A stretch of 64,000 bases of DNA. Source: the human T2T-CHM13v2.0 reference genome, Homo sapiens. The translations under genes and the position numbers were made by a program. The stretch lies in assembly GCF_009914755.1 (NCBI RefSeq), contig NC_060929.1, one strand, 5' to 3'. The notes beneath the pieces were generated by a model. That model did no database searches, was not told where the DNA came from, and saw only the letters and a list, made by a program, of their open reading frames with translations. Shown piece after piece: positions 16,161-28,491 of this stretch (the stretch's first letter is position 1; every line of letters starts with the position of its first letter).

Positions 16161-17839
16161 CAGAGGAGGAAACACATTCCATGTGACTTAAGGTTAAGTT
16201 AAACACATTCTTGAATGTAAACTATCTGGGAAATAACATCCCCCAACAGACATAAATCTAACATGAGTAGCCTTTTCTAGCAGCAACAGGTGACCCAGTT
16301 TCTCCCACTGTGGGAATTAAACCTTTGAATTTGATAGATAGGAGGGAGCCACCCCATTCAGAAAATTATCCTTAACAATACTTATAGGTTTGGTCAGAAT
16401 GACTGAATTCACACCACAGGATGAAAACTAAAGGTAGTTTACAATATGGTTGATTAAACATAATTAGACACCCGAAACGATAATGACACAGAGGAGGAGG
16501 AAGTGGACTTAGAGTTAGTAATTTCTGCCTTCTCCACGAGGAACCCTGTAGGGGTAAGATCATGTTTCTGTTCTGGTCCAGCCAGATTTTTCCTTGCCCT
16601 GATTCATCCTGGTTCCGCCTGGTGCTGCTCTGCACCCCACAGGGCTCTGGTCTCAGTCTGATCGGTCCTCAGATGTCCCTTTCTTGTTGCAGAGCCCCTA
16701 TTATTTGCAGAAATTTCTCTTCCTCTGCACGAACCTTACTCATCCTCTGCGACCTGATCAGCAGCATGCCTAAAACAATATGGACCCCAAAAGGATCTGA
16801 CATTAATTTCTTACTGCCCCTAAAATGGCTTCCATTTCTCTGTAGGCGCTACCTCCTACTCTACCCTTCTACTGGAACCTCAGCTGGCCACAGAGGGCCC
16901 TTCTGTCTGTTCTGTCTCCCCCATGCTGGAGCCTGTGATATTTCTCTATTTGGGGCAGGGAGAATGATTTAGCTCAACTTGCCTCCAAATCAGTGACTGG
17001 GGGCTCCCTTAGATGTCCCTGGAAAGAACACTGGCACAGCGCTTGACCCTGAATGGTGATTGTATGGCGTGCCCTCTGGTACCTGGCATAGAGAGGACAA
17101 TTAGGGTGCTGTGTGGGGCTCTTTGTTCTCCTCTGCCCCATCCTCTTTTTCTCCCTGATGGCACTTTGGACCCCTGGTTCTTCAGAATCACCAGGTTTGA
17201 CCTGGACTCTGCAGATGAGGTCCTAAGTAGGAAATTCACATCGTGACAGCTCAGATTTCTCTTTTGTCTCGAGTCTTTGGGTTGGGAGCAGAGAGCTGAA
17301 CACAGTCTTATTAGTCAGAAGGAAGGGGAAGGAGTCTAGTGGGCCCAAAGAACTAACGGGGCAATCATACCTATCACCCCCAAAGCATAGATAGAGCAAA
17401 AAGTTGGGGTCAAGACAACATATTCTGCTTCGTAACTGCCTAAATGCTGATGGCAAGAAATTTTAACTGAGCTGAGTGATTCCACCACAAATTCATGCTT
17501 TCCGTCTCACAGCTGGGTTCTGAATGCTTCTTGACAATCATTTTCCTAATCACTCCATGATTTCCTTTCCATTCCTCTCTGCAGCTGTTACAAACCTTCC
17601 CACTTGTCTCAGCTCCCCACCTCCACTCCTACCCTGCTCTCTCCTCACCATGGATGTCACCTTCAGTGAGAAGGAGACACTGTGGGCTGCCACTCCAGCA
17701 GCAGCCCTTCCTTCAGCCCCAAATCCCTTCCTTCTGCTCTGATTTGGGTCACTTTCTCCTCTGGTCTTTCTTAGTTAAAGGTCCTGAACATCACCAAGAA
17801 TCAGCCCTCCACCCCTTATAGAATAAACAGGTTTACGCG

Positions 17840-18055
17840 AAGGTGGAGACTCAAATCCTGGCACCGCCACCACCAGCTTGGGAGCCCTAGGCAAGTGATA
17901 ACCTCTTAGTTTCACCATCGATAAAATGGGAGTCATAAGAGTACCTACCTCATTGGGTAATTGTAAGGATTTCATTAATTTTTCTGGGTAAAGAATTTAA
18001 GACATTGCCTGGCACAATATAAGCCCTATGTAAGTGTTCACAAGTATTATTATGC
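17840..18055 (+). mobile_element. MIR
   Basis: GGCAAGTGATAACCTCTTAGTTTC...TAAAATGGGAGTCATAAGAGTACCTACCTCATTGGG. Confidence 0.75.
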
Positions 18056-18086
18056 TGTGTATTTGTTAATGTGCATTACATTATGT

Positions 18087-18337
18087 GTGTGTGTGTGTAT
18101 ATATATATAGTTTATGTATTTTTTTTAATTTTTGAGACAGAGTGTTGCTCTCTCTCAGCCTCCCAAGTAGCTGAGATTACAGGTGTCCACCACCACGCCC
18201 AGCTAATTTTTGTATTTTTAGTAAAGACGGGGTTTCACCACATTGATCAGGCTGGTCTTGAACTACTTACCTCGTGATCCACCTACCTTGGCCTCCCAAA
18301 GTGCTGGGATTACAGGTGTGAGCCACCACGCCTGGCC
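18087..18337 (-). mobile_element. AluS with a ~70-nt right-arm deletion; tail converted to (TG)n(TA)n
   Basis: GAGACAGAGTGTTGCTCT joins directly to CTCAGCCTCCCAAG; TSD ACATTATGT at ~18078 and 18338. Confidence 0.9.
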
Positions 18338-18419
18338 ACATTATGTATATTAATTAATGTGCAGTCATTTCTAACATGTGTTAATATAAATAATGGTTAT
18401 TAGGAGTTGTGAATCTTCA

Positions 18420-20060
18420 AAAGGGGAATGCCATATCACTGCTGCCAAATACCTGTTACCCAAGAGCACCTACTGACACTTCCCCAGAGCAGTGTTCTAC
18501 CATACACCTGCCTGAAATCAATGCCTTCTTCCTTGCCTGATCTTCCACCAAACTCCTACCTAGTAGGCTGTCATTGAGCCTCTTGCTCCTGCCCCCATGC
18601 TCTCTCCTTACCCCTGTAATCCCAGCACCACTCTCATAACTCTGTGAAGGACACATTCCTTATATGACTCCTAAAGAACAAACCTATGGGACTTGTCTTG
18701 CTCCTTTTCCTACCTGACCACCACAGACTTGGCCACATTCATGACCACCTCCTTTCAACTCCTTTTAACCTTGACCCCCGGAACATTACTCTCCTCTCGT
18801 TCTTCATCACCCTACGCATATTGTCTCCTTCATCAGCCTCATTATTTCCCTCAACCCTAGAATGCAGCTTCTGCTCAGTGCCTGCTCACCACCCCCCATC
18901 CCTCCACCATCACTCCTTGGGTCTGGTAACCTTACAGGCCAGTGTCCTCAGGACAGTCCTAGTCTACACCTGTTGTCCCGCTTTCTCTCCCCAAAGTGTC
19001 TCATGTTGTATGACAAATTACAGAGCCACTCTCTCTATGAGAGAGGTCCTCCACCTTTGCAGCTTCAGCAGCACCTCTAGACAGCAGTGATGGTAGCCAA
19101 GCAGCTGGGACAGCCCACTTCCGTGCCCCCTCCATTCACAGTGCAGACAATTGACATTTTCTTCATCTCATGTAAGGAGCTATGTAAATGCAGCCCCTTT
19201 TCCCTACTTCCAGCCAGATTGCTGCCCTCAAAGCCCTCCTTTATAGATAAACTGGAACTGCCACTGAATACAAAGGACTCCCAATGCATCCGTCCATTCC
19301 TTACTTCTACCCTAAGACTCAGACTAGCATATTCAGCTTCCTGATGGACAGTGCCAATCAATATTCCCCAGACACCTAAAATCCAACAAGTGCAAAAGTG
19401 AAGTTCATGTCATCCCCCTCCACTTTCCACTTGATTCTCCCCTACTTCCTGTGTCTGCTTACAGCTTATACCAGCTATATTATACCCTCCTCATACCCCC
19501 ACCAAAGGGAGACGGCCACACCTGCAGCACAGGGATGATTTGTGCCATAGAAGCCCATTTGTCTATTTGCACTCAACTAGAGCACATCAACACATTTTTG
19601 GACCCCCAAGCGAGAAACCTCCCCCAAATCTTCTCAACTTTTCTCTCAATGCCACATCTTGGGACCAAGCCCTGCAGTTGGCCTGTGTCCCTTGAATTTG
19701 TTTTTATTTGCATTGCCACCACTATTGTCTCTTCTTCCATATCGGTCATTAATTCCTAACCCAATCTGACTTCTGCCCTTTTACTCTACTGAAAAGGTCT
19801 TTGCCAACAGCCTTCTGGCTGCTAAACCCCATGGGTTCTTTTCCACCCTTTTCTACTCCACCTCTTGCAGTTTTAATTCCCTTGACCACACTCATAATCC
19901 TGAAATAGTTTCTTCAACTTCCAAGCCTCCATATTCCTCTGAGACAGGAGGAAGAGCCGTGTTGAGGGTAAGATATTCGTTGTGAGCACGTTGAGTGTGA
20001 GTGGTGTATCAGACATCCAAGAGGATGCGTCCTAGATGGTTGGTATATGGATCAGAATCT
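18420..20060 (+). mobile_element. Fragmented L2 ORF2 fossils (last ~130 nt antisense)
   Basis: C/T-rich degenerate L2 text (CCAGACACCTAAAATCCAAC...; CTGGCTGCTAAACCCCATGG...TTTCTACTCCACCTC). Confidence 0.5.
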
Positions 20061-20170
20061 GTGCTGTCCAATATAGTAGCTACCAGTTACATGTTGCTAT
20101 TTAAATGTAAATCAATTAAAATGAAATAAAATGTAAAATGCAGTCCTCTCTACCAAGTTTCACAACTCGA
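20060..20170. mobile_element. MER3-like hAT MITE fragment
   Basis: CTGTGCTGTCCAATATAGTAGCTACCAGTTACATGTTGCTATTTAAAT. Confidence 0.65.
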
Positions 20171-20269
20171 AAGTGTAGATGGCCTCCTTAGCTCCCCTGC
20201 TCCCTTAGGCCCCCACACGCAGTGAGTCACCAAGTCTGGCTCCCTTAAATATCTTTATTATTAGATTCA

Positions 20270-20710
20270 TGCCACTTAATGTGGCCAGTGGGGCCCTTCC
20301 TGAGCTGGCCTCAGCTCATTCCTCCCTCTCCTCCCCAGCCACACCCCACTTGATCTCTATGCCCAGTGACAAGCTCTCTTTTGCTGTTCCTCCCCTCACC
20401 CAACCTCTTGTCCTGGTTAAATTCTAGTCATATTTTAAGGCTCATCTTCTCCTCTAGCGAGTTTTCATTGTAACCTCAAAATTAGATTATGTGCCCCTTT
20501 TTGTGCCCTTATAGTGCCCAAAGTGTCCTATCACGGGAGAGTTCACAGTGCACTGAAATAAACTCTTTTATTTTCTGTCTCCCCAGGACCAGCTGTATCT
20601 ACAGTACCTAGAACCATGCCTGGCATACGTAGGCACCCAATACATATTTGATGGATGAATTAAGGAATGAATGAATGAATGAATGAATGAAAAGTAAATT
20701 AATGAACGAA
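20270..20710 (+). mobile_element. L2 3' end with (GAAT)n tail
   Basis: CCTAGAACCATGCCTGGCATACGTAGGCACCCAATACATATTTG followed by (GAAT)n. Confidence 0.8.
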
Positions 20711-21429
20711 AAAACTAAACAGTAGGTGTTATCAGGGAAAACTGTTAACGTCATTACTAATTATGGATCCTAGAAAAAATAACAAAAGATAGAATGAATT
20801 ACAAATTTGCTTTGGTGGCACCCAAGTGATACTAATTACAGTTATTTACATTACATTAAATCTTACTTTTTATGCCAAATGACCATGCAGTAAAAGTAAG
20901 GATATCATTAAATATGTATATCATTAAATGTGTCAGATCAACATGGTTGAGTTTTATTTTGTTATAATAGTGAAGTATGCACATATGCTTAGACTACATC
21001 AATTATTGCTGATGTCTGTTGTCTGTTCTCACCCTTGAACAAGTTTATTTTCTCTGTTCCTCATTCCATAGCATCTCCAACATTGAGAGCATTGTGAAAA
21101 TAAGCAACAGGCAGAGAAATGGATGATCACTTCTGACCGTGTAGAATACAAAGCAATTATGAGCCGATTGTAATTCTGATGCTGTTGATTTGTTATTCAT
21201 CATTATAATGCACCTGACAGCAACATAGGCTTTCACAGGCGCCATTTTATTTAGTCATCTCTTCAGCTCTGAAAGTAATTATGGTTCTCAGAGAGAGTTT
21301 TAGCGATTTGTTCTAGATTTGTTCTAATAAATGGCAATGGCAGGTAAAGAGCCCATATTAAGACAGGTTGGGCAGAAACAGTACATGAAGTCAATTATAT
21401 TTGAAATTACACTTACTAATGCCTGTAAA

Positions 21430-21950
21430 ATGTGTTTGTCATACATATCTCATTCAATCAATAATGATTTGGGTATTTTAACCCGTTTTTGCAGATAAGG
21501 CAACTGTATTAGCCCGTTTTCACACTGCCGATAAAGACATACCCGAGACTGGGCGATTTACAAAGGAAGAAGTTTATTGGACTTACAGTTCCACGTGGCT
21601 GGGGAGGCCTCACAATCATGGTGGAAGGTGAAAGGTACGTCTCACATGGCGGCAGACAAGAGAAGAGAACTATTGCAGGGAAATTTACGTTTTTAAAACC
21701 ATCAGGTCTCGTGAGACTTATTCACTATCATGAGAACAGCACAGGAGAGACCTGCCCCCATGATTCAAGTACCTCCCACCGGGTCCCTCCCACAACATAT
21801 GGGAATTCAAGATGAGATTTGGGTGGGGACACAGCCAGACCATATCAGCAACTAAGGCTTAGAGCGGTTGGGTAATTTGCTCAAGGTCTCAAGGACGATA
21901 AATGATGACTTTTGAACATGGGTCCTTTGGCTCAAGAACCCATGTGGTTT
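21430..21950 (-). mobile_element. MIR split by a THE1 LTR
   Basis: TTTTGCAGATAAGGCAAC | LTR | GCAACTAAGGCTTAGAGCGGTTGGGTAATTTGCTCAAGGTC. Confidence 0.7.
21505..21847 (-). mobile_element. THE1B/C solo LTR
   Basis: TGTATTAG...GATAAAGACATACCCGAGACTGGG...GAGATTTGGGTGGGGACACAGCCAGACCATATCA; 5-bp TSD GCAAC. Confidence 0.95.
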
Positions 21951-22159
21951 TTGTTTTCTTCTATTTCACTTGGTTTATGCCTAATGGCCCATGTTTTATC
22001 AGGAAGGTGTGAATAAAGACATGTCCTAGCCAGGAGGTGCTAGGGCTGAAGGTTTGAGGGAAAGTAGTAGAAAAGGTTTCAAACAGCTGCTCTGAGTGCC
22101 TGCTAATGGCAGATTATGGAAGCCCAATGTTGAGGGTCTAGTAAGGGTAGGTTATGGAA

Positions 22160-22510
22160 GCCTGACACGGGTGTCTTGGAGCTCTCTCCCTGGGACTCCT
22201 GTGCTTGTGGTGCTGTAGAACCAAGTGTTGGCACACAGTCAGCAATCCCAGCTGAGCCTTGCCTTGCAGCCATCCCCACTGAGGTGCTAGACTTACAAGG
22301 GAAGCTGTCCTGGACCCTCCAGACCAGTCCATCTGCCAGCCGAATACAACACCACCACCTCAGCCAGCACTACATGGAACAGAACAATGGAGCAGCTGAG
22401 CCCTGCCCAAACTCCTCACCCACAAAAGCACAAAGAGTAAAAATGGCTGTTGTTTTAAGCCGGTCAGTTTTGGGGTAATTTGACACATGGCAACAGATAA
22501 CCAGAATATA
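22160..22510 (+). mobile_element. MLT1G/H-like solo LTR
   Basis: CAGCTGAGCCCTGCCCAAACTCCTCACCCACAAAA...GTTGTTTTAAGCC..GTTTTGGGGTAATTTG...GATAACCAGAATA. Confidence 0.75.
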
Positions 22511-24809
22511 CCACAAGTTCATTTTGTAGCTTCCTTCTCTTCATGGTGCCAGACAAATCATAGCCAATGGCCAGGCTAACAACCAGTCACAAGAAAACAA
22601 ACTCTCCCCTCTTGCACATGGCAATTCACACACAAAAACAATTACAGTGATTTTGCATTTCTTACAAATAGCCTATCCATGGGCCGATTCGAAATGTTGC
22701 CCATAAAACCATTTTTCCTTTGCAGGTTATAAACACTGATAAAAAGGAAACATGTCCTCTCCGTGCAGACTGAGCCGACAGGACGGACATTCTTTTGATC
22801 ATTTTACCATTTTCATGTTTGACACACAACAGCTTTTTCACTGTTCAACCCAAATTTGAAGAGGAAACAAGATAACATCTGTTTCCTTCACCATCCTTCC
22901 ATGCATTTCATAGCACCCAGATATATAGGTGCTTTGCTCACAGGGATCACGCTATTCAAGTTCACCTTCTGATGATTCTGAGATGAAAATGGCATTTGCT
23001 ATAGATCCCTCTCACAGGGTAGGCCGGGAATGCAGACTAGCTAAGTAGGGAGTGGGAGGCAATTACTCTAACCTCAGTGGACAAAACAGTTCCCCAAACT
23101 GCAGAATTAGCAGAGCACAAACGCTGCAGCTGTTTGCAAAGGCACCCGCGGTATTTCTGACATGGCAAATCATGCTGGTGATGTCAGACTCTTTTCTTAA
23201 ACAAAAGTGAAATGTGAGAAGGTGAAAATACGTGACTGCTGGAAGATGTTTTTCCTTGTTTGGGGACTGCATTCGCAAATGACTCTTGTCCAGGACCCTG
23301 GGTTTTCCCCAGGTCTTTTAAAGGTCTACATTCCTTTAGAATCCTTCACTAAACCTACCAGTTGGCTCCCTAACTTCCCGGTTATCTCACCGCTCTGTCA
23401 TGCAAGTCACTGAGCAGGGAAAGTGACTCATAGGCTCTAAAGAAAACCTAATTCATTGAATTAAACATTGGAAAGAATCTAAGTGAGTCACTGTATCCTT
23501 CGCTTGGTCTTTAGGCAGCACCACACCTTGATCATTCCAGCCAGAAGGGAGGTAATCATATTTTTAAAAAGCTGCTTGGAGAAGGATTATTTACAACGAT
23601 AATAAATCCCATTTCTATATATACCTATATTCCGAAAACAACAGCAAAGGCACTGCAAAATTAAACCCCAAAATACAAACTGAAGAGCAGAAATATGCAA
23701 AGCCTTGAGCCTAGCTCACACCGCTTCTGTGCAAATTAGAAAAAGGTGGCCCCCCAGGTTGAAGGAATTAGGAAAAAGCACCCACTTGGGGCAGCAGCTG
23801 CTGACAGCCATGTTTGGGGGCCTGGTGAGTAAGCAAATGGGCTGGATCTCCACTCACCCCCCTGCCCTGCCCTCCAGCCCTTCCCCTAACCACCTCCACC
23901 CCTGCTTTTGTGCAGAGAACAAATTCCAGGACCTTGTGCAGTGGCGTGAGAAGAAGGACATGGAACTTTTTATGACTCCCCCTCCCCATTTTCCTGGTAA
24001 AATCTTTTTTTCCCTACTTTTGACCCTGTTGTTCCTTATTGCTAACACTTGGAAACACTGATTTTTTTTTTAATTTGTCACGCTGTACTAACAGTTGCAG
24101 GCTGGCAGTTCATGTGTTTTTATCCAACCAGGTACCCAGCAGGTGCTCGAGAACCATTACAAAAAGAACGAATAACTCTCTCAGAGGGAATGAGCACAGC
24201 CTCCAGTTCTAACGTCTAATGCTGTCCTTGCTTTAAACTGAAAGGAAGAGTGTGATCTCACCTCTCCTGGGGAAAAACAACAGACCTGTAGACAAGTTGC
24301 TCTGCAGAGCAAAATTCCAGGCAGAAAAGGGGCATCCTTGAGCACACGGGTTTCTGCAGCCATGAGATCTGGGCCCCGCGCTGGCGCTATCACCCTTGCA
24401 CTTGCCTCTTGTTTAGGTGCCTTTCCAGAGCGTTCTCCCTCACCTAGTAGCACATTAGAGGGACCATCAAGAAGGGGAGCATCATTTCTTACCCCTCAGA
24501 GCCCTCTCACAGACAAGGAAGGGGCTGCCCTTCCAGGGCTGGGGGCACAGCCCCATTTCCTCTTAGGGAGAAGATCAGATTCACAGCACAGCCACCAAAA
24601 CCACTTCCCCAGGGCAGACTTTCCCAGCCTGGCCCCAGCCTGGCCCTAACCTGGCATTCTCGGCATCCCAACAAGCCAGAGACAGCTGCCCTGTGAACCC
24701 CATCACTGATAGGAGAGGCCAAGCAGGAGGTCAGAAACAGAAAGTCCGGGGGCCAGTTCACTCAGTCCACATGGTGTCTTTTGTTGTTGTTAGCTGTTAA
24801 TATTTAATG

Positions 24810-25380
24810 GCCTGATCCCATTTATATGAAATATCCAGAACAGGTAAATCCATAGAAACAGGCAAATTGGCAGCTACCATGCCTGGGGTTTAGAGAGAAT
24901 AGGAAGTGGCCGATGTAATGGGAATGGGGCTTCCTTTTGCAGTGAAGAAAATGTTTGGAACTAGATAGTGGTGGCAGTTGTACAAACTTGTTGGTGTACC
25001 AGATGCCAGTGAATCATTCACTTTAAAACGATTACTTTTAGGCTGGGCTCGGTGGCTCATGCCTGTAATCCCAGCACTTTGGGAGGCCGAGGCAGGCAGA
25101 TCACTTGAGGTCAGGAGTTCGAGACCAGCCTGGCCAACATAGTGAAGCCCCATCTCTACTAAATATACAAAAATTAGCCGAGCGTGGTGGCAGACACCTG
25201 TAATCCCAGATACTCAGGAGGCCGAGGCAGGAGAATTCCTTGAACCCAGGAGGCGGAGGTTGCAGTGAGCTGAGACCAGCCAGTGCATTCCAGCCTGGGC
25301 AACAGAGTGAGACTCCATCTCAAAAAAAAAAAAAGTTAACTAATTTCATCCTATGTTAATTTCAGCTCAATTTTTTTAAG
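24810..25380 (+). mobile_element. L1MB 3'-end fragment, interrupted by an Alu
   Basis: CCATTTATATGAAATATCCAGAACAGGTAAATCCATAGAAACAG...GAAAATGTTTGGAACTAGATAGTGGTG. Confidence 0.8.
25041..25333 (+). mobile_element. AluSx/Sz-like
   Basis: Full Alu dimer with A tail. Confidence 0.95.
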
Positions 25381-25847
25381 TAAATGAAAAACAACAAAAA
25401 AAGAGTCAGACATTTTTCCTATTAGATTTCTAGCTTCTCTTGAGAAAGTAGAAGATCTGGCCATGTCCACCTAATCCCCGCGATGCAGCAGCTGCCTGTG
25501 AGGAAGGGACATTTGCTGTCTGGGTTGCCCCTCACCCACGTCCTCATCTCAGCTTGTGACCCCTGCTCCTACCCACAAGGAAGCTGCTTACTTTCCCCAG
25601 AGAGTAAACAGAGTCCCCACTGAGCTACCATCTTCAGATGAGTGGGAGGCGAGAGCATGACTCAGGGTCTAAGCACACAGCCGGGGTGGAACAAATATGA
25701 AGAGGCCATGAGGCAGGGGTCAGGGGAGTCAGAGGCAGGATGAGGACCCAGGTGTTCCTAATTACGCTGCATCTCCTTCCCCGCCAGCCCGCTCCGACCT
25801 CTAACCTACCTCGTTTTCCTTCCCAGCTTTTACTGCTGACTTACTGT

Positions 25848-26301
25848 GTGTGTAAGTTTCCTGGGGCTTTTATCACAAATTCTGACAAACTGGGCAGCAG
25901 AGACAACAGAACTGTATTGTCTCACAGCTCTGCAGACTGGAAATCCAAGATCAAGGTGTCAGCAGGGCTGTGATCCCTCCAAGGGCCCCAGGGGAGAAAC
26001 CTTCCTGGCCCCTCCAGGCTTTTGGTGATCCAAGTGTTCCTAGACTTGAGGCAGTATCACCCCAATCTCTGCCTCCCCCTTCTCCCATCTGTCTCTGTCT
26101 CAAACCTCCCTCTCTATTCTCTTTTAAGGACATCAGTCATTGGATATAGGGCCCACCCTAAAACCAGGATGTTCTTATCTTGAGATCTTTAACTTAATAC
26201 ATCTGCAAAGACCCTATCTCCAAATAAGATATACTCACGGTTATCTAACCAGGGGTTAGAACTTGGACATATTTTGGGGAGACACCATTCAACCTATTAC
26301 A
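25848..26301 (-). mobile_element. MLT1C-like solo LTR
   Basis: GGAAATCCAAGATCAAGGTGTCAGCAGGGC...AAGGACATCAGTCATTGGATATAGGGCCCACCC...ACCATTCAACCTATTACA. Confidence 0.85.
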
Positions 26302-26834
26302 CTCTGTATCGATTTGCTTACTGTGTGACTCATGTCATGTGTCATGAGAGTAGAGACTTTGCCCGTTTTTTTCCATGTCGGAAACCCATAGCCTAGAACA
26401 ATGCCTGGCACGTAGGCTCGCAGTAAATGAAAAGAAGAAATGAGGAAGCATGTGTGTGGGATGATGTTTGGCTCAAGCCAAGTCAGCAATCACAGGAAGG
26501 TACAACAAAACCAATCCAGCACATGAAAGGCAGGGACAGCTATCCGATGAACCCAAGGATGAGGGTCACCAGATACACAAGGAGGCACCAGGTTAAGAGG
26601 AGAAGTGGTCCCACTTGAGTAAGAAGTTTGACATTGAAACCGCAGCACCTGAGCTGTTGGAGGTTCCTGGCATGACTGCTCAAGACGGTGGAACTGGTCT
26701 GCAGTGGTGTTGGACTCTGCACCAAGTAGGGGCTGGACAAGTAAACTTCAGGAAGGGTTAAGCCTACCTTCTACTCCTGCTGGGGCTGCCGCTGTGTTTG
26801 TCACAGTCCCAGCCTGGGTTTTTAACTCACTGGA

Positions 26835-26980
26835 GGAGTGATATCCAAGGTATGGGCCAAGTGACTGCTTCAGAGTCACCTGGGGGATGTGAGTTAAAAA
26901 TACATCCTCTTGGGCCTCAGCCCAGACCTTCTGAATCAGAATCCCAGGGATTCTGAGAACACTGAAGTTTGAGAACCAAT
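26835..26980. mobile_element. MER5-like hAT MITE
   Basis: CAGAGTCACCTGGGGG...CCCAGACCTTCTGAATCAGAATC...AAGTTTGAGAACCA. Confidence 0.7.
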
Positions 26981-27519
26981 AAAATGCAGTATTTAAATGA
27001 TGACCACAATTGCAGGGAACATCCCACATTCTTTGCTACTTGCTCTGGTCACTGTCTTCAGCTCAGGTAGCTAATTGGTGAGCCTGCCCAGTTTCTTGCC
27101 TCTCTATTTTTCCTACTGTCACCAGAGTTCGAACACATCAGGGATGGCACTATTTCTGTCCTCTAAAGCCTTGAGGGGTTTCTCCATTGTCTGGAGAATA
27201 GACACTGTTGGTTGTGCACACAACAGCTGTTCCTCCTTTATTTGGTACTAACAGAACCCCAGTTTCATTCAGGCCTCGAGGAGAAATATGATCACGGAAA
27301 GGGGCTCTACCCCTACACGGGGAACTGTGATGAGTTCCATTCAGTCACGCTAATGCCCTTGTCATTTGCCAGCGATGGGTTCCGAGGTAGGCAGGTGACC
27401 CAGATCTGTCCAATGGGACATGAGAGGCACCTGCTGGGGGCTTCTGGGAAAGATTCTCCAACCCTGATAAAAAGAGACACAAGAACAGAAAAAATCCCCC
27501 AACTTCCCCCCTTGCAGGA

Positions 27520-28491
27520 GATGCCTGTAGTTCCCGGCATCAAATCCCTTAGCCCACCTTAATTTCAGCTGCAGTGGTGATGGACATTCTGAGTCACAGT
27601 GATTTTTATTCCTTCCGTGACACCCCACTGGTGAGGGAGAGAGTCCCACCACAGGGTAATGGGGATAGCTAAGCACTCAACTCCCAACACCCAACACTGG
27701 ACAGATGCGCTGCCAGCAGTTTATCAATCACACATACTCACAGCCTGTGGAAGAGAACACAGCACACTCCACACTAAGCGGGGCCCAGGGAACAGAGGGC
27801 ACTTGGGAACAGAGTGAATAAGCAGGGGCTGTGGGAAGCCGTTTTTGTAGCATCAAGAGGATGAGGCGCCCCCTGAGTCCCATGGGAGGATGCGCTTGGC
27901 TTATTTGAATAATTCCCTGGTCTGGCAGGGAACTGAATCCTATACTCAGGATAAGAATAAGGAGGAACTGTGGCTGGTCACAGTGATAAGGAGGATTGTT
28001 TGGCTAGGGAACCTTATCTGTAGGAGCAGAGTGGAGGGGAGCTTACCCTCCTACTGTCAGGTATTGAGGCAGCACGTAGTACTGAACCTTCACTTCAGAC
28101 CACCATAATGGAGAGCATCTTCACGAGCTCCGACTCACCTTGAGCCAGCAGTGCACCACCCCAAGCCCACATTGAGCACCTTGACTTTTTGCCTTTGAGT
28201 TTTCTCCTGCACTGCCCCACTGCCATGCCAAACACCTGCATTCAAAACCCTCCAAGCCGCTGGGGAACAGGGGCACTGGAAGAAGTCTCCAGGAGCATCA
28301 TCTTCAGGTGAACAAATTCTGACCATGTTCTGCGTGATTCCCAGAGACCACGGCACCTGCCTCCACAGTGAGCCCTTACGCTGCCTTTTCCTCCCTTCCT
28401 GCCTCATGGTCCCCAGTTGCTCACTCCCACTTCTGGACCAGTTGCCAAATTATATATCAGGCTCTGCTTTTAGGGGAACCCAAAATAAGAC
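27520..28491 (+). mobile_element. LTR16-like ERVL LTR, split by a MER74-like LTR
   Basis: Ends in TCAGGCTCTGCTTTTAGGGGAACCCAAAATAAGACA, the LTR16-type terminus. Confidence 0.55.
27600..28108 (-). mobile_element. MER74-like ERVL solo LTR
   Basis: Antisense reads TTATGGTGGTCTGAAGTGAAGGTTCAGTACTACGTGCTGCCTC...GATAAGGTTCCCCTAGCCAAACAATCCTCCTTATC. Confidence 0.65.

Noticed and set aside
18560-18920. C/A-rich stretch superficially like a NUMT
   Set aside because: No recognisable mitochondrial gene text; it is better explained as sense-strand L2 ORF2 debris.
21120-21180. GATGA...CTGA motifs suggesting a C/D snoRNA
   Set aside because: There is no full RTGATGA box C, no terminal stem, and the spacing is wrong.
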